DNA of 62,772 nucleotides, the filler included, from Circinaria calcarea (lineage: Eukaryota), in the NCBI GenBank assembly GCA_051942165.1. It is 38 parts of 38 records of this genome, joined end to end, with 100 filler letters (N's around TTAATTAATTAA, not from the genome) between each part and the next. Parts side by side here need not be neighbours in the genome. Positions count along the whole stretch, not along the records: positions 59,595 to 61,133 come from JAVECS010004560.1; positions 61,234 to 62,772 come from JAVECS010004561.1; 36 more parts are not named here. One strand, written 5' to 3'. The notes beneath the pieces were generated by a model. That model was not told the DNA's origin. It saw nothing but the letters and a program-made list of their open reading frames with translations, and did not search any database. Shown one piece after another: positions 60,837 to 62,772 of the stretch. The first letter of the stretch is position 1; each line of letters opens with the position of its first letter. A program made the position numbers and the translations under genes.

Positions 60837-61444
60837 TATGTCTGCCTCGATCCCTTCCGGGGCAGGACAGCATAGACGGAACCCCAATGGAAATCCGAGA
60901 GATTCTGAGCGCGTCCTGAGACGAAGTTACGACGCTGTGTGACCTATTATAGAGATCTAGGTAGTGAAGCATCTTACAGCCTCGTGTCACACCCTTGTCC
61001 AACGTCAAAGAGCACTAATGTGGGAGTCGGGCAACCTGCACGCTGCAGGGAGTTCTCTCGTTGCCTTCTTGCCTTAACCGTGCTCCAATGGGGAAACAGT
61101 GAAGTGAAATGACACTGCGGGCACGGTTATATGNNNNNNNNNNNNNNNNNNNNNNNNNNNNNNNNNNNNNNNNNNNNTTAATTAATTAANNNNNNNNNNN
61201 NNNNNNNNNNNNNNNNNNNNNNNNNNNNNNNNNACCCCCTACCCCACCTCCCTACCTCATTCTCCCCAACCGGGCCAGCCATCTCGGCTAGAAAATGGCG
61301 TCTCTTTACCCCCCGCCTCTTCCCTTTTTGGGACGTGGGAATCCTCCATTTTCCCTTCCTGGTTCGGGATGGGGATGGGGATGGGGATTCCGATGATCTC
61401 GTAAAGCGTCCCGCGCCCCGCGTCCCTTTGTCGAGTCTCGGGTT

Positions 61445-61486
61445 TGGGAAATGGGAAATGGGAAATGGGAAATGGGAAATGGGAAA
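61445..61486. repeat. (TGGGAAA)6 tandem repeat
   Basis: Read directly. Confidence 0.95.
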
Positions 61487-61779
61487 ATGGTGTCGGGGAT
61501 GGAAGTTCTAACTTATTGGTGAGGATATGTATAAGAGGGGAGGGGACGAGGGAGGTAGGAAGAAAGGAGGGTATGAGATTGTGAACATCGTGGGTGGGAT
61601 GTGTTAGAGATAAGGATAAATGCGGTACTATGACTTTTTATTCTGTTGGTGTTACATTTAAAAGTACTAATACAACTCATTCATTCATTCATTCCTCACG
61701 GCCCAGCCGCGGATAGATATCCTCAAGGGCCCTTTCCCTTTTCTCCTTCCCCCTCCACCACTTCAAAACCTCCCCCCTG

Positions 61780-62772
61780 CTAAACCTCCCTCACACTAGC
61801 ACTAAGTCCCTTCTTCCCGTTCGCATTCGCATTCCCCTTCCCCGTCCCTGTGCGCATCTCCGACCGATACTCCATCAGCTCCGCCATCCACTTGGCGCGC
61901 TTCTCTTCCTCTACCGCCGCCTCCCGTCGCCCGATACGGCGCTGCCGCACGCAGCAGAAGGTCAGGAGACCGAGGATTAAGAGGCAGACGGCGCCGACAA
62001 TGCAGGCGATGACGATTTTGACGGTGGGGGAAAGGGCGGCCCAGCGTTGTTGCGGAGTTTGAGCCGGTGGGGCGGTGAGCTTTTTAGCGATTTTGGAGGT
62101 CCCACTAGAGCATGGGGGTTAGCGGTTTCTGAGTTAGAGGAGGGGGAGGGGGCTTTACTTGGTGATTTGGATGCTTTGCCAGCTGCCGGTCTTGTCGCCG
62201 TATTTGTACTCGCTGCCCGTGGAGAAATCTGTCACGCGAGTGCTTTGGACGTACATGGTGTATGGACCTTTTTTGTAGTCGGTCAATCCGCCGGCCCATT
62301 CGATTGTGCCGTTTCGGTTGGCGGAGTCTCCACCGGCCCAGACACCGATTCGAACATTCATGGGCGTTTGCGGGAAGTTTTTCCCTTGGTTGGCTTCTTT
62401 GTAAAGGAGGGTGCGGACGAGGTTTCCATCAATGTACCATTCCAGCTTCTCGGCTGTCCAGAGGGTGGTATAGTTATGGAAGTACTCTTGGGGTTTATCA
62501 ACCGGGTAATAAACTGCACGATCGTAGGAGGTGGTGTTGCCCTTTCCAAAGTAGTTTGTCTGGGCGTGGGTATTGTTGCCGCCAATGAACTCCCAATCGA
62601 CTTCGTCAAGATCGTCGGATTGGAGGACGATACTGCTGATGACTCCCTGGCCGGTGGCGGCCTTCATCCAGACTTCGACAACGCCGAAGAATATGTAGAA
62701 GTTGGATTGGATCGTTGGGGTCTCGCCTCGCATGGTGATGGCCATTCCGGCGCCATCGGTTCCGTACTGGAC
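61780..62772 (-). CDS. GH16 CRH-family chitin/glucan transglycosylase with C-terminal TM helix (5'-truncated); intron 62105-62158
   Basis: YIFFG.VEV.MKAA.GQGVISS.VLQSDDLDEVDWE catalytic motif, QTNYFGKG, FHNY, FPQTPM.VRIGVWAGG, TIEWAGG; hydrophobic helix then a basic tail. Confidence 0.94.

Noticed and set aside
1565..61233. Regularly spaced identical TTAATTAATTAA units as a CRISPR-like or biological repeat array
   Set aside because: They sit inside N-runs and are six-frame-stop linkers used to concatenate contigs; ORFs ending in XXX/LIN are artefacts.

Overview
This is not a contiguous locus. It is 38 unrelated small contigs (about 1.54-1.56 kb, ordered by decreasing length) joined by artificial ~100-nt spacers (N44-TTAATTAATTAA-N44, stops in all six frames), so neighbourhood across spacers means nothing. 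The DNA is from a filamentous ascomycete (Pezizomycotina): short GT-AG introns with CTRAY branch points, a HET-6-like gene and RIP-type CpA>TpA/TpG>TpA mutations. Most contigs carry fragments of ordinary fungal genes, including an EngB-type GTPase, BDF1, HIR1, QCR8, DIB1, LIA1, GPI8, PRX1, beta-carbonic anhydrase, a GT15 mannosyltransferase, ALT1 and a CRH/GH16 protein. The rest carry transposon debris: solo LTRs, a TA-flanked MITE, a PIF/Harbinger derivative and a MULE pseudogene. The most notable observations are (1) a heavily RIP-mutated gene whose N-terminus is a BIR (inhibitor-of-apoptosis) zinc finger with exact C-x2-C-x16-H-x6-C spacing, lying in AT-rich repeat DNA; (2) a solo LTR nested head-to-head in a related LTR, with the same junction at two loci; (3) a tRNA-Gly(GCC) with a U2:A71 pair that fits RIP; (4) an unexplained conserved ~90-bp element on two contigs; and (5) two ~98%-identical haplotypes of one gene. 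All family assignments are from motif recognition by eye; no database search was run.
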